A stretch of DNA of 64,000 nucleotides from an uncultured Actinomycetota bacterium (GTDB taxonomy: Bacteria > Actinomycetota > Actinomycetes > JAFAQI01). Under the pieces are notes generated by a model. It was not told the origin of the DNA, did not search any database, and saw nothing but the letters and a program-made list of their open reading frames with translations. The translations under genes and the position numbers were made by a program. Positions 63,106 to 64,000 of this stretch are shown piece after piece. How positions within the stretch are numbered: position 1 is the first letter of the stretch; every line of letters starts with the position of its first letter. The stretch lies in NCBI GenBank assembly GCA_963770565.1, contig CAVYQE010000011.1, forward strand, positions 928,001 to 992,000. The letters are read 5' to 3'.

Positions 63106-64000
63106 GTGATCGAGCCGGACCAGTTCGTGCACCTGCACGTGCACACCGAATACTCCATGCTCGACGGCGCCGCGCGGGTGTCGGACCTGTTCGCCGAGGC
63201 CGCGCGGATGAAGATGCCGGCGCTGGCGATGACCGATCACGGCAACGTCTTCGGGGCGTTCGAGTTCTGGAAGAAGGGCACCGCGGCCGGGGTCAAGCCG
63301 ATCATCGGCATGGAGGCCTACATCACCCCGGGCACGAGCCGGTTCGAACGCACCCGGGTGCGCTGGGGCGGCGGTGGCGAGGACGACGTCTCCGGCGGCG
63401 GCGCGTTCACGCACATGACGATGCTCGCCGAGACCACCGAGGGCATGCACAACCTGTTCCGGCTGGCGAGCCGGTCGAGCCTCGAGGGCTACTTCTACAA
63501 GCCGCGTGCAGACCGCGAGCTGTTGTCGACGTACGCCAAGGGTTTGATCGCGACGACCGGCTGTCCGTCGGGGGAGATCCAGACCCGGCTGCGGCTGGGC
63601 GACTACCCGGGCGCGGTCAAGGCGGCCGGGGAGTTGCAGGACATCTTCGGCCGCGAGTCGTTCTTCTGCGAGCTGATGGACCACGGCCTCGGGATCGAGC
63701 GCCGGGTGCACGGCGACCTGTTGCGGCTCGCCAGCGAGCTCGACATCCCGCTGATCGCGACCAACGACCTGCACTACACGTACGCCGACGACGCCGAGTC
63801 GCACGAGGTCCTGCTCTGCGTGCAGTCGGGCAAGACGATGGCCGACCCCAACCGGTTCAAGTTCGACGCCCGCGACTTCTACCTCAAGACTCCGGAGGAG
63901 ATGCGCCAGGTCTGGCGCGAGCTCCCGCAGGCATGCGACAACACCTTGCTGATCGCGTCCCGGTGCGAGGTGAAGTTCGACGAGAACGCCGACCTGATGC
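63106..64000 (+). CDS. dnaE: DNA polymerase III alpha subunit, 5' part
   Basis: FVHLHVHTEYSMLDG, TDHGN, KPIIGMEAY and ATNDLHY PHP-domain motifs; runs off the window. Confidence 0.96.
   Translation, partial: MIEPDQFVHLHVHTEYSMLDGAARVSDLFAEAARMKMPALAMTDHGNVFGAFEFWKKGTAAGVKPIIGMEAYITPGTSRFERTRVRWGGGGEDDVSGGGAFTHMTMLAETTEGMHNLFRLASRSSLEGYFYKPRADRELLSTYAKGLIATTGCPSGEIQTRLRLGDYPGAVKAAGELQDIFGRESFFCELMDHGLGIERRVHGDLLRLASELDIPLIATNDLHYTYADDAESHEVLLCVQSGKTMADPNRFKFDARDFYLKTPEEMRQVWRELPQACDNTLLIASRCEVKFDENADLM

Overview
High-GC actinobacterial chromosomal window. Gene content and order resemble Frankiales/Acidothermus-like lineages (inference). It is mostly core genome: pfkA plus two different DAHP synthases, a PASTA kinase, TPP-riboswitch thiamine genes, a split carotenoid cluster (crtYc/Yd, crtB, crtI, GGPPS, CrtO-like), metF, a HEPN-methyltransferase-dinB DNA-damage locus, a MoxR/DUF58/transglutaminase operon, the dcw cluster (mraZ to divIVA, with no ftsQ), T-box ileS, DdbA/DksA-like, lspA, rluD and the start of dnaE. 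The most striking unannotated element is a complete ribosome-mediated attenuator upstream of the type I-beta DAHP synthase. It has an apparently leaderless 20-aa uORF (MTRWFFCYYARPGLSLGRVE) carrying clustered Trp, Phe and Tyr codons, plus mutually exclusive antiterminator and terminator hairpins, so it could sense all three aromatic amino acids at the shikimate entry step. Also notable: two LexA-boxed leaderless promoters, a PafBC-like promoter and a 22-bp stop/start tandem repeat in the dinB locus, a membrane-anchored histone-like protein after divIVA, and an orphan pilin-like gene with a sigma-28-like promoter. Several genes, including essential ileS, carry frameshifts that are most likely long-read assembly errors. 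Family calls come from motif recognition, not database searches. Many start codons were reassigned by eye.
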